Under the pieces are notes generated by a model that saw only the letters and a program-made list of their open reading frames with translations, had not been told where the DNA came from and searched no databases. From Escherichia phage KKE7M, in sequence record PQ356295.1: a stretch of 64,000 bases of DNA; one strand, written 5' to 3'. The number at the start of each line of letters is the position of its first letter. The stretch's first letter is position 1. A program made the position numbers and the translations under genes. This document shows positions 1 through 10,148 of the stretch, piece after piece.

Positions 1-177
1 GCCCTTCTTGAGCAGTCCAGTTTATAAAGTGTCTGTTATTAGCTAGAACGTTTTGTGGGTTTAATACATAGTGTTGCACTGTAGGATCTACAGTTAAACC
101 TGTATTACGATCTAAGAACTGAATATGTCCATCGATCAGTTGAAAAACATTGTCAATTCTGTGCTTAATTCTTGACA
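1..177 (-). CDS. partial CDS (N-terminus only, continues past window start); probable distal tail/tail-fiber protein
   Basis: ATG at 177-175 preceded by AGGAG RBS; frame open to position 1 (MSRIKHRIDNVFQLIDGH...); last gene of the tail string. Confidence 0.5.
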
Positions 178-651
178 TTAAATCACTCCTGCCATCACTA
201 AACTACCTATCCAGGTAGCTCCATTATCATAACTAACAAATTCAAAAATATCTGTAGCTCCCTGTTTATAACTCAAAACAGGAGCGCGACCAAAACTCCA
301 TTTAACAGATTGAGGCCACGTTACTTTATTTGCTCCACTTCCTTGACGTAGGGATAGAGTAAAGTTTTGAACAATGTTAGTTGTAACTGGAACATTACTA
401 AATGAAATACTGCAAGTTGGACTAGATAAAGTGGCAGAGAAATACTCTGCCGTGCTAATATCTAAAGCTAGGGTATTTGTAACAGTACCCCTTGCAGAAA
501 GACGATTTCGTGTAACACCAGCACCAGCAAGAAGAACACGTAATGATGTTTTCTTAGTGATGCCTGATTGATCTGTTACAAAATAATCTGTGTCTGAAAC
601 AGATGTTGTTACAGGTAGATCAGACACCTTGATTGTAGTTAAATCAGCCAT
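178..651 (-). CDS. hypothetical tail/baseplate protein
   Basis: 157 aa ORF in tail gene string; stop abuts start of next gene (TAA-ATG); Ser/Thr-rich beta-type composition. Confidence 0.5.
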   Translation of the reverse strand: MADLTTIKVSDLPVTTSVSDTDYFVTDQSGITKKTSLRVLLAGAGVTRNRLSARGTVTNTLALDISTAEYFSATLSSPTCSISFSNVPVTTNIVQNFTLSLRQGSGANKVTWPQSVKWSFGRAPVLSYKQGATDIFEFVSYDNGATWIGSLVMAGVI

Positions 652-1279
652 TATTATTTGTAGCTCCCATTGTTGCTGTTATAGCATAGTTGTAATTGGT
701 TGCAAGACCTTTATTGGCTTCGTTAACAAGGTATTTTTCAAGCAATGCCTCGTTAGACCACTCATTCCACCAAGTAGAATAAGTATCTTTAGGAAGACCA
801 ACAATGTTAATAAAGCGATAGAGTCTATTTGCAGATTCAACAATTTCAAATGCTTCACAAGTGATTGCTGCATTATCATCACCAGCTTCTGGATAGATAT
901 ATTCTTCAGACGGCTGTGTACTGAACAGCGCACTAACAACTTGTTCACCAACTGTAACAGTAACGTTCATTGAGTAATACCTATCATCTCTATCATAAGA
1001 GGATGTATAGGAATTAATATTATCTATATAAACATTACTTGCGATAGTTGATAAGAAAATGCGATCAACAATCTCTTTCTTCTTGGCAACACCAATAATC
1101 TCTTGCAGATATGGAACCCCAAAATTAGAATTGAGGAACCATTCTCCACGGAAAGTTCTAAGCGTTATTCCAAGCGTCTGTGCTGCAATTTCACTTTTAG
1201 TTGTGGTTAGTGTTAAATCACCATCCACCATTACTAAATCGTTAGAACCATCAAGTTTTAAATCAAATGGTATTCCCAT
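644..1279 (-). CDS. hypothetical baseplate/tail protein
   Basis: 211 aa ORF, 8 nt overlap with downstream gene, within baseplate block. Confidence 0.5.
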   Translation of the reverse strand: MGIPFDLKLDGSNDLVMVDGDLTLTTTKSEIAAQTLGITLRTFRGEWFLNSNFGVPYLQEIIGVAKKKEIVDRIFLSTIASNVYIDNINSYTSSYDRDDRYYSMNVTVTVGEQVVSALFSTQPSEEYIYPEAGDDNAAITCEAFEIVESANRLYRFINIVGLPKDTYSTWWNEWSNEALLEKYLVNEANKGLATNYNYAITATMGATNNNG

Positions 1280-1282
1280 CTG

Positions 1283-2020
1283 TTAACCTCCATTTGGTTT
1301 GTCGGAAGTAACAGTGCTACCACCAGTTTCAACACCGCGTACAGGGTGTGTATGTGTGTGTAAACCAATGCCACCACTATCTTTCATACGACCGTCAGGT
1401 GTGATTGTTAAACCGTTTAAATTTACAGTACCACCTTTATATGTCATAGTCCCACCTTGCAGTGTAAGTTTTCCTCCTCCTGCATCAGTAAGAACGATAC
1501 TGTTTGGTGTCATATCTATTTTCATACCTTGTGTGTTGTACACAGATATATTACCGTTAGGATCAAACGAAGCGTAAGTTTGCTTATTATTTGAGATAAC
1601 AACTTTTTCAGAATCTACTTCTTCTGAAGAATCTGTAGCTGTTGCTATCTTAGGAATAAAACAGGCTGGATACAAACCACAAGGTTGAATTAATGTTCCG
1701 CTGCTGGCTGTATCTCCGTCTGTCTGGAAAGCATTCGACGGATCTCTTTCTGAAAAGACAACAACACCAATATCTCCTGCTTTAATTGGAAATGAAATTC
1801 TACCTGTACCACCACCATTTACCATAAAAGGAACATCGTGGAATGTTGGGTAATCTATTTCATCTTCAGTAGATCTGGTATTTTTTACGATAGATTCTAA
1901 AGTTACTGTCTTAGACCCATAATCTACACCAATTACCCTTACAGGTAAAGATGTATGTACTTCCGCAACTTGTTCGTTGATTAATCCACGGATTGCTGTT
2001 ACAAAATTTAAAGCATCCAT
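1283..2020 (-). CDS. putative baseplate central spike (gpV-like)
   Basis: 245 aa, Gly-rich beta-helix-like repeats and C-terminal HTHTHP His-x-His tip typical of metal-binding spike apex; position after hub-like gene. Confidence 0.4.
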   Translation of the reverse strand: MDALNFVTAIRGLINEQVAEVHTSLPVRVIGVDYGSKTVTLESIVKNTRSTEDEIDYPTFHDVPFMVNGGGTGRISFPIKAGDIGVVVFSERDPSNAFQTDGDTASSGTLIQPCGLYPACFIPKIATATDSSEEVDSEKVVISNNKQTYASFDPNGNISVYNTQGMKIDMTPNSIVLTDAGGGKLTLQGGTMTYKGGTVNLNGLTITPDGRMKDSGGIGLHTHTHPVRGVETGGSTVTSDKPNGG

Positions 2021-2022
2021 TT

Positions 2023-3033
2023 CTAGCCCTTCTTAATAATTGCAGATACAGATACAGACTCTACTTCAGTTGTCCAGTCTTTACCTTCCCTATCTCCTGT
2101 ATGAACAACAGACACCACCTTAAAACCACCATCATAGTTATGGCTCTTGAGCCAAACAGTTTTTTCTGGTAAGATAGCACCGTTCATTTCACATCTGAAC
2201 TTAACACCATCTGTAGGCTTTTTAGCTTTCTTAGAAGATTTGGTTACTTTTTGTGTCGGTTTAATATCATTGTGGAAAGGTTCTGGACTACCAATTAAAC
2301 CTGTTTCTGCACTAATATATGCACATCTTGCACTAGACATTTGTGATCTTGGTGTTACGTAAACAGATCCGTCTTGTATTGACACATTATGATCAATACC
2401 TTTACAGATACTTTCTAAGTAATGTGATGTGTTACCACACATAGCTGTTGCAGATGATAAAGTTTTCTCTGTGTCTACGTGAATATTACCTTCTGTAGTA
2501 CCTAAATCTTTAACTAAATCTTTAACAACCTTACTTACTTTTGTACCTTTCGGATAACTTCTGCTTGTCCTTGCTTCGGAGATGTTAATACCACCATCCA
2601 GACAATGTAACACTGTACGTCTGTCTGTATTGTTAAAGGTATCACTCACCCATTGCACCGTTCCCTTAAAGATCATAATTAACTCTTGACCTTCATAACC
2701 TACTGCCAAAGCAACAGCCAAGTTGTTACGAATACCCTTGTTAATATAATTAACAGTATCATCGCTTAGGTTATAAATAGTTATCTCAGCTTGATTAGGA
2801 TCTTTATTATTATCTTTTCTTATTGTGAAAGATATTTGGTGCTCCGTAATAACATACAAATTAGGGGTTGACTTTTTAGCATCCCCTAGTTTAGTATCTA
2901 AGTCTACTGTAGATTTGAAAGAGGAATTTTTTGTCCTTTTTTCTTTAGTATTAGTAGCTGTACCTATTAACAGTTTGTATGCTCTGTTTAGATTGGGTGC
3001 AGGAGCTTTTGTGTACTTTCTTTCTTCTGCCAT
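2023..3033 (-). CDS. putative baseplate hub / tail protein
   Basis: 336 aa ORF tightly packed in baseplate block; no specific motif recognised. Confidence 0.35.
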   Translation of the reverse strand: MAEERKYTKAPAPNLNRAYKLLIGTATNTKEKRTKNSSFKSTVDLDTKLGDAKKSTPNLYVITEHQISFTIRKDNNKDPNQAEITIYNLSDDTVNYINKGIRNNLAVALAVGYEGQELIMIFKGTVQWVSDTFNNTDRRTVLHCLDGGINISEARTSRSYPKGTKVSKVVKDLVKDLGTTEGNIHVDTEKTLSSATAMCGNTSHYLESICKGIDHNVSIQDGSVYVTPRSQMSSARCAYISAETGLIGSPEPFHNDIKPTQKVTKSSKKAKKPTDGVKFRCEMNGAILPEKTVWLKSHNYDGGFKVVSVVHTGDREGKDWTTEVESVSVSAIIKKG

Positions 3034-3049
3034 TTAAAAACTCCTTTTA

Positions 3050-3469
3050 TCATGCTTGATATGGAAGAGCGTCGATATAAACCAAAGCAAATCTTTTATC
3101 TACACCTGTGTCATAGTAATTAGGTCTACCATTTATTTTAACAGTATCTACCAAATAAAGTTGACCATCCGGCACAGATTCTATATACTTATATGGTTCT
3201 AGAAGATCTAAACCATTGGTTACTTTAAAAGTTACACTAGGATTGTCTCCTGATAAGCCTAATTGCATTTGCCACGCTTGATCTCTTGTATTCCATCTCA
3301 AACGTATATCATAATCTACCCCATCGAGAGTTACTGTATATGTTTGATCTGGGTACTGTTCTGTAGGTAAGTACCAAGAAGAATAACCTAACTTTTGATC
3401 AATAAATACCGCGTTATATCCGCTATTTGAAGTGCTTCTACTTACTCTTGAATAAGATGAAATAGCCAA
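3050..3469 (-). CDS. hypothetical tail protein
   Basis: 139 aa ORF in tail block. Confidence 0.4.
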   Translation of the reverse strand: MAISSYSRVSRSTSNSGYNAVFIDQKLGYSSWYLPTEQYPDQTYTVTLDGVDYDIRLRWNTRDQAWQMQLGLSGDNPSVTFKVTNGLDLLEPYKYIESVPDGQLYLVDTVKINGRPNYYDTGVDKRFALVYIDALPYQA

Positions 3470-3483
3470 AATATTACTCCTTA

Positions 3484-4200
3484 TTACTTACCGTCTGGAC
3501 TGTCATTACTCAAATGTTCAGTGCCTGTTGCTTGTCCTGCTCGTTTGTTCAAATCAGCATCTGGTTTGCTACCTGTTGCGTTTGTTTTGTTCTTAACACC
3601 TGTGTTTTTATTTGGTTGAGTCTTAAGTGCAATAGCGTTGGTTTCTCCGTAAGAAACTAATCTTACCTGTTCAAATTCCAAGTCAAATTGCATTGCATAC
3701 TCTGTTTGATATTCATATGATATGCCTTTCAAAATAACATTCTCATAGACCTTATGTTCTGTTATTAAAATGATAGGCTGTCTTTCATCAAATATTTTAT
3801 CTAAGTAAGTAATTGCTTGACTGATACGAGTACCGTTAACTCCAGCACTATATAGCATATCTCGCATTAATCTTACAGGTGTCTCTGTAATCATCCCTGA
3901 TAAAGAGAAAGTATTATTTTTAACTTGAACGTGATCGGACACATTAGCACCATTTTCTACAGGATAGCTAGTAACATCTGCTTGGCGTTTTACACCGATA
4001 TTTGGCACAGCATCAAAAACTATAGCTTGATAGTTTTGAATATATTGATCACTTGCACTATTGTAAACACTTGCTAAAATACAAAAACCATTCTCCCCTT
4101 TCACAGTAGAGGCAGAGTTATTTGTGTTTTTTGTAGAGTTTATATCTTGTTCCGCTTTATAAACCGCTTGAACGTGTTGTTCTGGAGTGTTTGCTGCCAT
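3484..4200 (-). CDS. hypothetical tail protein (first gene after tape measure)
   Basis: 238 aa ORF downstream of a terminator plus promoter-like element. Confidence 0.4.
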   Translation of the reverse strand: MAANTPEQHVQAVYKAEQDINSTKNTNNSASTVKGENGFCILASVYNSASDQYIQNYQAIVFDAVPNIGVKRQADVTSYPVENGANVSDHVQVKNNTFSLSGMITETPVRLMRDMLYSAGVNGTRISQAITYLDKIFDERQPIILITEHKVYENVILKGISYEYQTEYAMQFDLEFEQVRLVSYGETNAIALKTQPNKNTGVKNKTNATGSKPDADLNKRAGQATGTEHLSNDSPDGK

Positions 4201-4247
4201 ATAATTTTACCTCTTAATGTGATAAGAAACATTCTCCCTTATCACTC

Positions 4248-4278
4248 ATTTTATCACGAAAAACAACTCTTTGTCAAG
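4248..4278 (-). promoter_or_regulatory. sigma70-like promoter candidate (TTGACA ~18-19 nt TAAAAT)
   Basis: minus-strand TTGACA at 4278-4273 and TAAAAT at 4253-4248, directly after the terminator. Confidence 0.35.
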
Positions 4279-4289
4279 ACAAATAAAAA

Positions 4290-4316
4290 GCCCCGCCGAA
4301 GCGAGGCTTTATCCAT
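4290..4316 (-). terminator. stem-loop with U-run immediately downstream of tape measure gene
   Basis: minus-strand AAAGCCTCGCTTCGGCGGGGCTTT hairpin followed by TTTATTT. Confidence 0.5.
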
Positions 4317-6295
4317 TAACCACCAGTAGAAGATTGTCCACTGCTTAACTGAAGAGTTAAACCTTGTGAGAAGTTACTAAAACTGGTATTCATTGTTGCA
4401 TCTAGATAATTACTAAAACCATAGCCATCTGGAATAACATTAATCTGGAATGCGTTGTCTGGGATAACAACCGTATTCTCTACACTTAACGGTACTGGAA
4501 CACCTTGGCGTGGTGTTAGCATAGATGCTGTTAAATCAGGTCTATTGTAACCGATACTAGAAGCACTTGGGTTTAAGGCACTAGTTAAGAAACTACTATC
4601 AAAGTCACCTAAAGGTTGATTTTCAGGTTTATGTTGATCTCTTCCAATAGGCCAATAAGCCCAAGGATTACCACCAACCTGTGCATCGTAACCATACTGC
4701 GTACCATTATAATATTCTCTTACAGCTTCTTTAGTATTGTTTTTTGGCCCAACCTTATTTGAAAAATCAAGGAAGTATTTCGCAATTTTTGCAAGGCTAC
4801 TTACAATACTACCAGACATTTCACCAAGACCACGAGCAGCTTCCTGGAAAGTTTTCATATTTTCTGCAAAATCTGGTGCAGATTTTAAACCATCCATAAA
4901 ACCTACAAGTAAGTTATTGGTAAAACCTTCTCCTGCTGCACTAATTTGTGCTCTTAGCTTAACAAAATCTTGTGCTGCTTGGATGTTTTCGTCGTTAAGA
5001 GTTGCACCTGAATTACTTAACATTCTCAGGACTTCCATAAACTCTTTACCATTGTCCAAAAACATACGTTGGTAGTGCATTAAGTCATCACCAAGGTTTT
5101 CCATCAGACGACCAATTTGCGCAGAGTTCATTCCTCTTTTTTGACCTTCATTAACAAGTGCTTGAACAAAGTCTAAAGGTCTGTTCTGGAATTTAGCAAC
5201 ATCTTCTTTTGTCCAACCAAATTGGTTCATGATTTCATTAATACCACTATCTCCACCTTTCCATTTCCCTGATTTTTCATCAAACTCAGAGTGGAGTACA
5301 GTATTACCTAAACGTTCACGAACGTCTTTAATGTTATCAATAGCTTTAATAATACTAGCAGAGTCTACACCGTTCATCTCACCCCAAGTACGCATTGTTA
5401 GGATTGCGTTAGGGTTTACCTGTACGTTCTGACCACCTCTACTAACCATATTAACACGCTCTGCCGATGCAGTAATACCTTCGGCAATTTTGCTTATGCC
5501 TTGATATAAACCAGCACCTAAAAGAGCAGCACCAAACATAGCAGGGTTAAGAGCAATAGCAGCATTACCTACACCAGATAGCTTACGTTGTCTATCTCGC
5601 TGTCTTGCTTCTTTTTCTCTTCTTTGCTGACGTTCGAACTCCTTTCTTTCTCTTTCTCTAACACGCTGTCTTCTTTTATCTTCTGCTTCTTGCAGACGGG
5701 CAATTCTACGTCTAGCTCTCTCTTCATCAAGAAGTTGTGCATTCTTCTCTTTATGAGATCTGCGTAGTTCTTCTAACTGTCTAGCCAAAGTATTATTCAT
5801 TTGTTGGCTAGTGATCACACCTTTACGATAAAGTTCAACAGTTTCTTCTACAATCTTTTTAGATTTTTCTAGAATTCTGCTGTCTGCTTTTGTAAAAGGC
5901 ATAGCTTTAAAACTAAAATCGTCTTGCTTCATATTAGCAAGTGCTGCACGTTTAGCGGCGGCTTCTGCGGCTCTTTCCTCTGGTGTCTTACGTCCTCCAG
6001 AAGATCCAGAACCACCTCTACCACTTCCTCCTTTTCCACCACCACTTGAACCTCCGGTTGGTGGGATTGGTGGAGGATTACCGCCGCCAAGACCTGACAT
6101 TTGCTGCCTTATTCTTTTAGCATACTCTTCCATACTTTTAAACTGACGACGCATTTTAGTCATATTTAAAGATGGTTCAATAGATTCTGTAAAAGTTTTA
6201 AGGTTTTTAATTGCGTCTTTAGTATTTTTTAAACTGTCTTTATCTACAGTAAACGTTACTGTATTCTTAATCTTGGAAGTGTTAATTTCTAACAA
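4316..6295 (-). CDS. tail tape measure protein (candidate)
   Basis: 659 aa, Gly/Ser-rich linker, long Arg/Glu coiled coil, hydrophobic segment, lies between chaperone pair and baseplate genes. Confidence 0.55.
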   Translation of the reverse strand: MLEINTSKIKNTVTFTVDKDSLKNTKDAIKNLKTFTESIEPSLNMTKMRRQFKSMEEYAKRIRQQMSGLGGGNPPPIPPTGGSSGGGKGGSGRGGSGSSGGRKTPEERAAEAAAKRAALANMKQDDFSFKAMPFTKADSRILEKSKKIVEETVELYRKGVITSQQMNNTLARQLEELRRSHKEKNAQLLDEERARRRIARLQEAEDKRRQRVRERERKEFERQQRREKEARQRDRQRKLSGVGNAAIALNPAMFGAALLGAGLYQGISKIAEGITASAERVNMVSRGGQNVQVNPNAILTMRTWGEMNGVDSASIIKAIDNIKDVRERLGNTVLHSEFDEKSGKWKGGDSGINEIMNQFGWTKEDVAKFQNRPLDFVQALVNEGQKRGMNSAQIGRLMENLGDDLMHYQRMFLDNGKEFMEVLRMLSNSGATLNDENIQAAQDFVKLRAQISAAGEGFTNNLLVGFMDGLKSAPDFAENMKTFQEAARGLGEMSGSIVSSLAKIAKYFLDFSNKVGPKNNTKEAVREYYNGTQYGYDAQVGGNPWAYWPIGRDQHKPENQPLGDFDSSFLTSALNPSASSIGYNRPDLTASMLTPRQGVPVPLSVENTVVIPDNAFQINVIPDGYGFSNYLDATMNTSFSNFSQGLTLQLSSGQSSTGG

Positions 6296-6314
6296 GGGTA
6301 ATCCTCCGTATTAC

Positions 6315-6542
6315 TTATGAATCTGGAATTAATTTTTTCATAGCCGTATCCAGTTCTCTTATTGTTCTCTGTTGACCACGTTTAATATCCGCATCTTTAA
6401 CGTGAAGATCTTGTACATAATCTTCGAATGTTAAATATTCATAAATTTTAAGTAGATAATCTACACCATAATTATCTAACGAGGACAAGGTTTCGGAGGT
6501 ATTCTTAATTACCTTACAAAGAATTACTTCATACCATGTCAA
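6315..6542 (-). CDS. tail assembly chaperone -1 frame extension (GT-like)
   Basis: ORF in -1 frame relative to 6590..7072, open upstream across that gene's stop; slippery CCCCTTTTTTC at 6653-6663. Confidence 0.45.
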   Translation of the reverse strand: MTWYEVILCKVIKNTSETLSSLDNYGVDYLLKIYEYLTFEDYVQDLHVKDADIKRGQQRTIRELDTAMKKLIPDS

Positions 6543-6589
6543 GCTAAGGGTTTGTGAGGCAATTTCAATTGCTGATTTAATTGCCGGAC

Positions 6590-7072
6590 TTAACTCTTCG
6601 CTAGAGTCTCTATTCCTTGAAATTGGGTCAACAGTTTTCCGAAACCTCGTTTGAAAAAAGGGGCATAGTTCACCTCAAGAACTTTTGCAGCTAAGTCAAC
6701 AACTAATTCTGGGTGAGCAAAAAACAATTCATCAAAATTATCGGAAACACTGTGACCTGCTTCTGTGTAAACTTCATCTAAAATTTTACGTAAGAATGCG
6801 GCTAAGTTTTTTTCTTCCAGACCACTGAATAACTGGATCAGCGCCATAGCAATACGAGCTTCTAGATCTTCATCTGCTGACATAAGAGCAGTATTATACA
6901 TTGTCATAGGAACAGCTAGTACACTACCTAGTTCTGGAATCCTTTCAAAAACTTTAGTTGGACTCCACTTGAGAACTCTAAATTTTACACTGCGTCCTTC
7001 ATCCAGATCAATTTCAACCATTACTTCTGGACGAGCAAATTTTGCAATAGTATTATCTTTTTGTTGTTCCAT
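6590..7072 (-). CDS. tail assembly chaperone (G-like)
   Basis: 160 aa acidic protein immediately upstream of tape measure; contains slippery run near 3' end. Confidence 0.5.
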   Translation of the reverse strand: MEQQKDNTIAKFARPEVMVEIDLDEGRSVKFRVLKWSPTKVFERIPELGSVLAVPMTMYNTALMSADEDLEARIAMALIQLFSGLEEKNLAAFLRKILDEVYTEAGHSVSDNFDELFFAHPELVVDLAAKVLEVNYAPFFKRGFGKLLTQFQGIETLAKS

Positions 7073-7117
7073 TATTTCCTCTCTCTTTAAAAATAAAGGG
7101 CATTTCTGCCCTTTTTA

Positions 7118-7597
7118 TTACTGAATAGTTAGAGCACTAATAGAGTTAAGTGCGTTAACACCAACACCTACAGTAGAACGAAGTAGGCTTGCATCTTTAA
7201 GACCAATTACCCATTGGTTTTCTTGAATAGTTTCACCAATAGTGTCGTCCGGTTGGCTTTGAATCCAACCAATTGTGCTGATATAATATCCGCGAGGGTC
7301 TTCTAGATATACGCTAAATGCTACTTGACGAGTAGAATACATCGTTTGTGCATAAGCAGCAAGAACTTCGTTTGCTGGGGAAGTACGTTGCAGTGACATT
7401 GTTAGCGTACCTAAACGGTTACGACTAAGCGCCAAGGAAACGTCACCATCAGTACCTGAATATGGGTTGATGATATCGTTAGTTTTGTTAATAACAATTT
7501 TGGTATCTGCGGCGAAACCCCAAGGTTCCCAACCACCCAAAGACAGGATTACTTGAGAAGGATCATAGGCCATTACGCCAGTAAGCATTTTATCCAA
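7118..7597 (-). CDS. tail tube protein (candidate)
   Basis: 159 aa ORF directly after putative sheath gene; TTG start with AGGAG RBS 6 nt upstream. Confidence 0.45.
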   Translation of the reverse strand: MDKMLTGVMAYDPSQVILSLGGWEPWGFAADTKIVINKTNDIINPYSGTDGDVSLALSRNRLGTLTMSLQRTSPANEVLAAYAQTMYSTRQVAFSVYLEDPRGYYISTIGWIQSQPDDTIGETIQENQWVIGLKDASLLRSTVGVGVNALNSISALTIQ

Positions 7598-7629
7598 AGT
7601 GGATCTCCTTTTATACTACTTTTCATATA

Positions 7630-7647
7630 AGCGGGGTTGCCCCCGCT
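7630..7647 (-). promoter_or_regulatory. intercistronic hairpin between sheath and tube genes
   Basis: AGCGGGG-TTGC-CCCCGCT 7 bp stem, no clean U-run on minus strand. Confidence 0.4.
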
Positions 7648-7655
7648 GCTTTTAA

Positions 7656-9062
7656 TTATGAAGATACAGTAGAGCTATTGGAATTCTGGCTATTTGCAGT
7701 GCGGTTCGTCAGAACGTTTACCTGCACTTTAACATAGTGGAAGAATCCAGCATATACGTATTCAATAACCATACCATCAACCAAACGTGCATTGATTTGA
7801 GCATCAGTCATATCTGCACGAGATGGGATATAGATAGTAGGTTTAAGGCTTACCAGAAGTCCTGTTTCCTCTGAAGTTACTACCTCATTGGCAATAGAAC
7901 CATTGTTAATACCTACTTGGATTGGGTTTGCAGTAACAGCCTGACGAATCAAAGCAAGACCAGCAGAAGTTGCTCTAACACCACTACCAAGCATAGATTG
8001 CTGTTTGAATAGAGCAAACAGAGATTCTTCTACGCGAGCTTTGAACCACAGAGCGTGTACCACATAGTCAACATAGAAACCACTAACCATGAAGCCATCA
8101 CGGTAGAACAGAACACCGTGTTCTTTACGGTAAATATTACCATTCTGTTGAACGATAAAGTTTTCTGCTGTCTGACCAAGTTTTTCAATCTCGATACCAA
8201 CAAGGGTTTTACCATGCAGGGTAGTAGTACCTGGTGTTGCAGAGCAGATAGAACCAACTACAGCAGCCTCTGGGAACACTGTATCAGCGTTAGTCATCCA
8301 CAATGCCATACAAGTGTTATTGTAGCCCATATCACCTAAGCGTTCTAGAATGTTATCTTCTTCTTTAGTTAGAACACCTGGTTGCGAGGTAGAGAAGAAA
8401 TACACTTTATCATGCTCTTCTACATAACCTGCTAGATCGATAATATCTTGTTCTGCGTGAGAATCAGATAGTAACCAGAACCAACTGTTTTCATAGTCTG
8501 CAATTTTAGCAATATCCTCTAAGATATCATTTGCATATTCTACTTTAGTTGTGAATCCTGAACTATCCATAGTAGCGTATTTACCTGCAACTGGGGTTAC
8601 AGTGATAACACTACCATCGTTTGACACAGTGAAGAATTCTTTATACACCATGTCTGCGTTGATCATTTCTGTTAAACCAACAACAATCTCTTGCGCAGTT
8701 GCAGTATCATCGGCAACAAACTTGAAGTCCTTGCTTTTTGAATTTGCTTTAATAGTGATAACGTAAGTTGCACTATCTTCAACTACTGGAGTTAGAGTTG
8801 TTTTAGAAACATCACGCTTACCGACGATAACTTGTTCCGGTGCGAACAGACCGTCAAATAGTAGTTTTGCCATTTTATAAGCTGGATCGGCAGTGCCAAA
8901 ACCTGCTTGCAGAAGTGCGTCTGAAGAAGTGAAATAATCTACAAGATTGCCAGTAACGTTATGCCCTGTAAGAATTAGAGGGATATCAAACTGTGTTTCA
9001 CTAATTGAAGTAGCACCGTAGGTAAGGGTTACGGAAACTACCTTATCACGAAAAGTTGCCAT
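7656..9062 (-). CDS. tail sheath protein (candidate)
   Basis: 468 aa ORF upstream of tube-sized gene and chaperone/tape measure set; size and order typical of contractile tail. Confidence 0.45.
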   Translation of the reverse strand: MATFRDKVVSVTLTYGATSISETQFDIPLILTGHNVTGNLVDYFTSSDALLQAGFGTADPAYKMAKLLFDGLFAPEQVIVGKRDVSKTTLTPVVEDSATYVITIKANSKSKDFKFVADDTATAQEIVVGLTEMINADMVYKEFFTVSNDGSVITVTPVAGKYATMDSSGFTTKVEYANDILEDIAKIADYENSWFWLLSDSHAEQDIIDLAGYVEEHDKVYFFSTSQPGVLTKEEDNILERLGDMGYNNTCMALWMTNADTVFPEAAVVGSICSATPGTTTLHGKTLVGIEIEKLGQTAENFIVQQNGNIYRKEHGVLFYRDGFMVSGFYVDYVVHALWFKARVEESLFALFKQQSMLGSGVRATSAGLALIRQAVTANPIQVGINNGSIANEVVTSEETGLLVSLKPTIYIPSRADMTDAQINARLVDGMVIEYVYAGFFHYVKVQVNVLTNRTANSQNSNSSTVSS

Positions 9063-9082
9063 TTATGCTCCTGTTAGAAACT

Positions 9083-9739
9083 TTATTCCAATGAATTATC
9101 CGTTGGGATATACTTAATTAATGATCCATCATCAGTCGTCGTAAAGTAATAAGTTTTACTTCTGTGAGCAACAATGTAAATCTTATCCAAAGGAAGATCT
9201 ATTGGAGTAGGATCATCGTAATCATCTCTGAACGAATGAATGTTCATATTAATTGCTTCAATTTCGGTAGTTACTAAATCCTCAATAACCATCGTAGTAT
9301 TGAATGTAAGAAATATTCTCGCTCTTTGTTCAGTTTTATCTCCATCCAGAACAGTGTTAGCCTGTGCAACATTTGTTGCAGATAGAAAGCTAATACCTTT
9401 GGAATAAAGATACTGGTATTTTAATTCATCTGCACCACGAAGTGCCGCAAGAACATAACTTAAAAGTGTCATTGGTCTTCCTCTAAAAGCCATAAGTTCT
9501 ATTTCATACTTATTGTCCATTAGATAGGAAAACGCATCTTCACTAAAAGAATATTTTTGTGACCAACCACCTGAATCATCAGATGATACAATACGTAATG
9601 TCAGATATGGGGTTGTTGGTTTAACAAATGGCTTATCCATAACATAAACCGGAAGCCCCACGAGTCTTTGTAAGAACTTAGCGATATTTAATAATATCGT
9701 ATTTTCATACAATTCAATTTGTTCGTAGATATTAGCCAA
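9083..9739 (-). CDS. hypothetical neck/tail completion protein
   Basis: ORF 9083..9784 in track; likely start TTG at 9739 with GAGGAGG RBS, overlapping upstream stop. Confidence 0.4.
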   Translation of the reverse strand: MANIYEQIELYENTILLNIAKFLQRLVGLPVYVMDKPFVKPTTPYLTLRIVSSDDSGGWSQKYSFSEDAFSYLMDNKYEIELMAFRGRPMTLLSYVLAALRGADELKYQYLYSKGISFLSATNVAQANTVLDGDKTEQRARIFLTFNTTMVIEDLVTTEIEAINMNIHSFRDDYDDPTPIDLPLDKIYIVAHRSKTYYFTTTDDGSLIKYIPTDNSLE

Positions 9740-10148
9740 AATTACCACCCTCCTCAGAATAAGAATAGGTGTTATTCTGGTCATCTAGAATAGCAACACA
9801 ATGTGTGTGTATTAAGAAAGATGTTCTTGTCCAGTCTTTCAAAGAATAAATGGAAAACCATTGTCCATCTATTAGTATTTGGTCAGATAATTGATCTGAT
9901 CCTTGCTGGATGCCTCTGATTTCTGTTTTTGTCCAGAAGCTATATTGTGCCTTAGATCTGTATCCTTCTGGCAGTGCTTGAAGTGTTCTACCTGATATTG
10001 GTTGCAAACTTGCAGCCTCTATTGTAAAGTCTTCGTATGCTACTGTATTACCCATATTGGAAATTGGCGAATCAGGATCTTGAACATAAGTTCTTTTACG
10101 ACCCTGATACGTTGTTAGATCAAGGAGAGTAAATTGGTCTAATAGCAT
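9732..10148 (-). CDS. hypothetical neck protein
   Basis: 138 aa ORF in head-tail joining block. Confidence 0.4.
   Translation of the reverse strand: MLLDQFTLLDLTTYQGRKRTYVQDPDSPISNMGNTVAYEDFTIEAASLQPISGRTLQALPEGYRSKAQYSFWTKTEIRGIQQGSDQLSDQILIDGQWFSIYSLKDWTRTSFLIHTHCVAILDDQNNTYSYSEEGGNFG

Noticed and set aside
374-973. Plus-strand ORFs 374..571 and 590..973 and minus ORF 679..951 overlapping tail genes
   Set aside because: They lie antisense to or inside well-supported minus-strand structural genes, have Cys/Ile-rich low-complexity translations and no RBS. Treated as shadow ORFs.
4147-5432. Plus-strand ORFs 4147..4329, 4737..5075 and 5229..5432 inside the tape measure region
   Set aside because: Antisense shadows of the tape measure gene with no independent signals.
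8030-8766. ORFs 8030..8257 (-), 8055..8339 (+) and 8551..8766 (+) inside the sheath gene
   Set aside because: Nested or antisense to the 468 aa sheath ORF; no start context.
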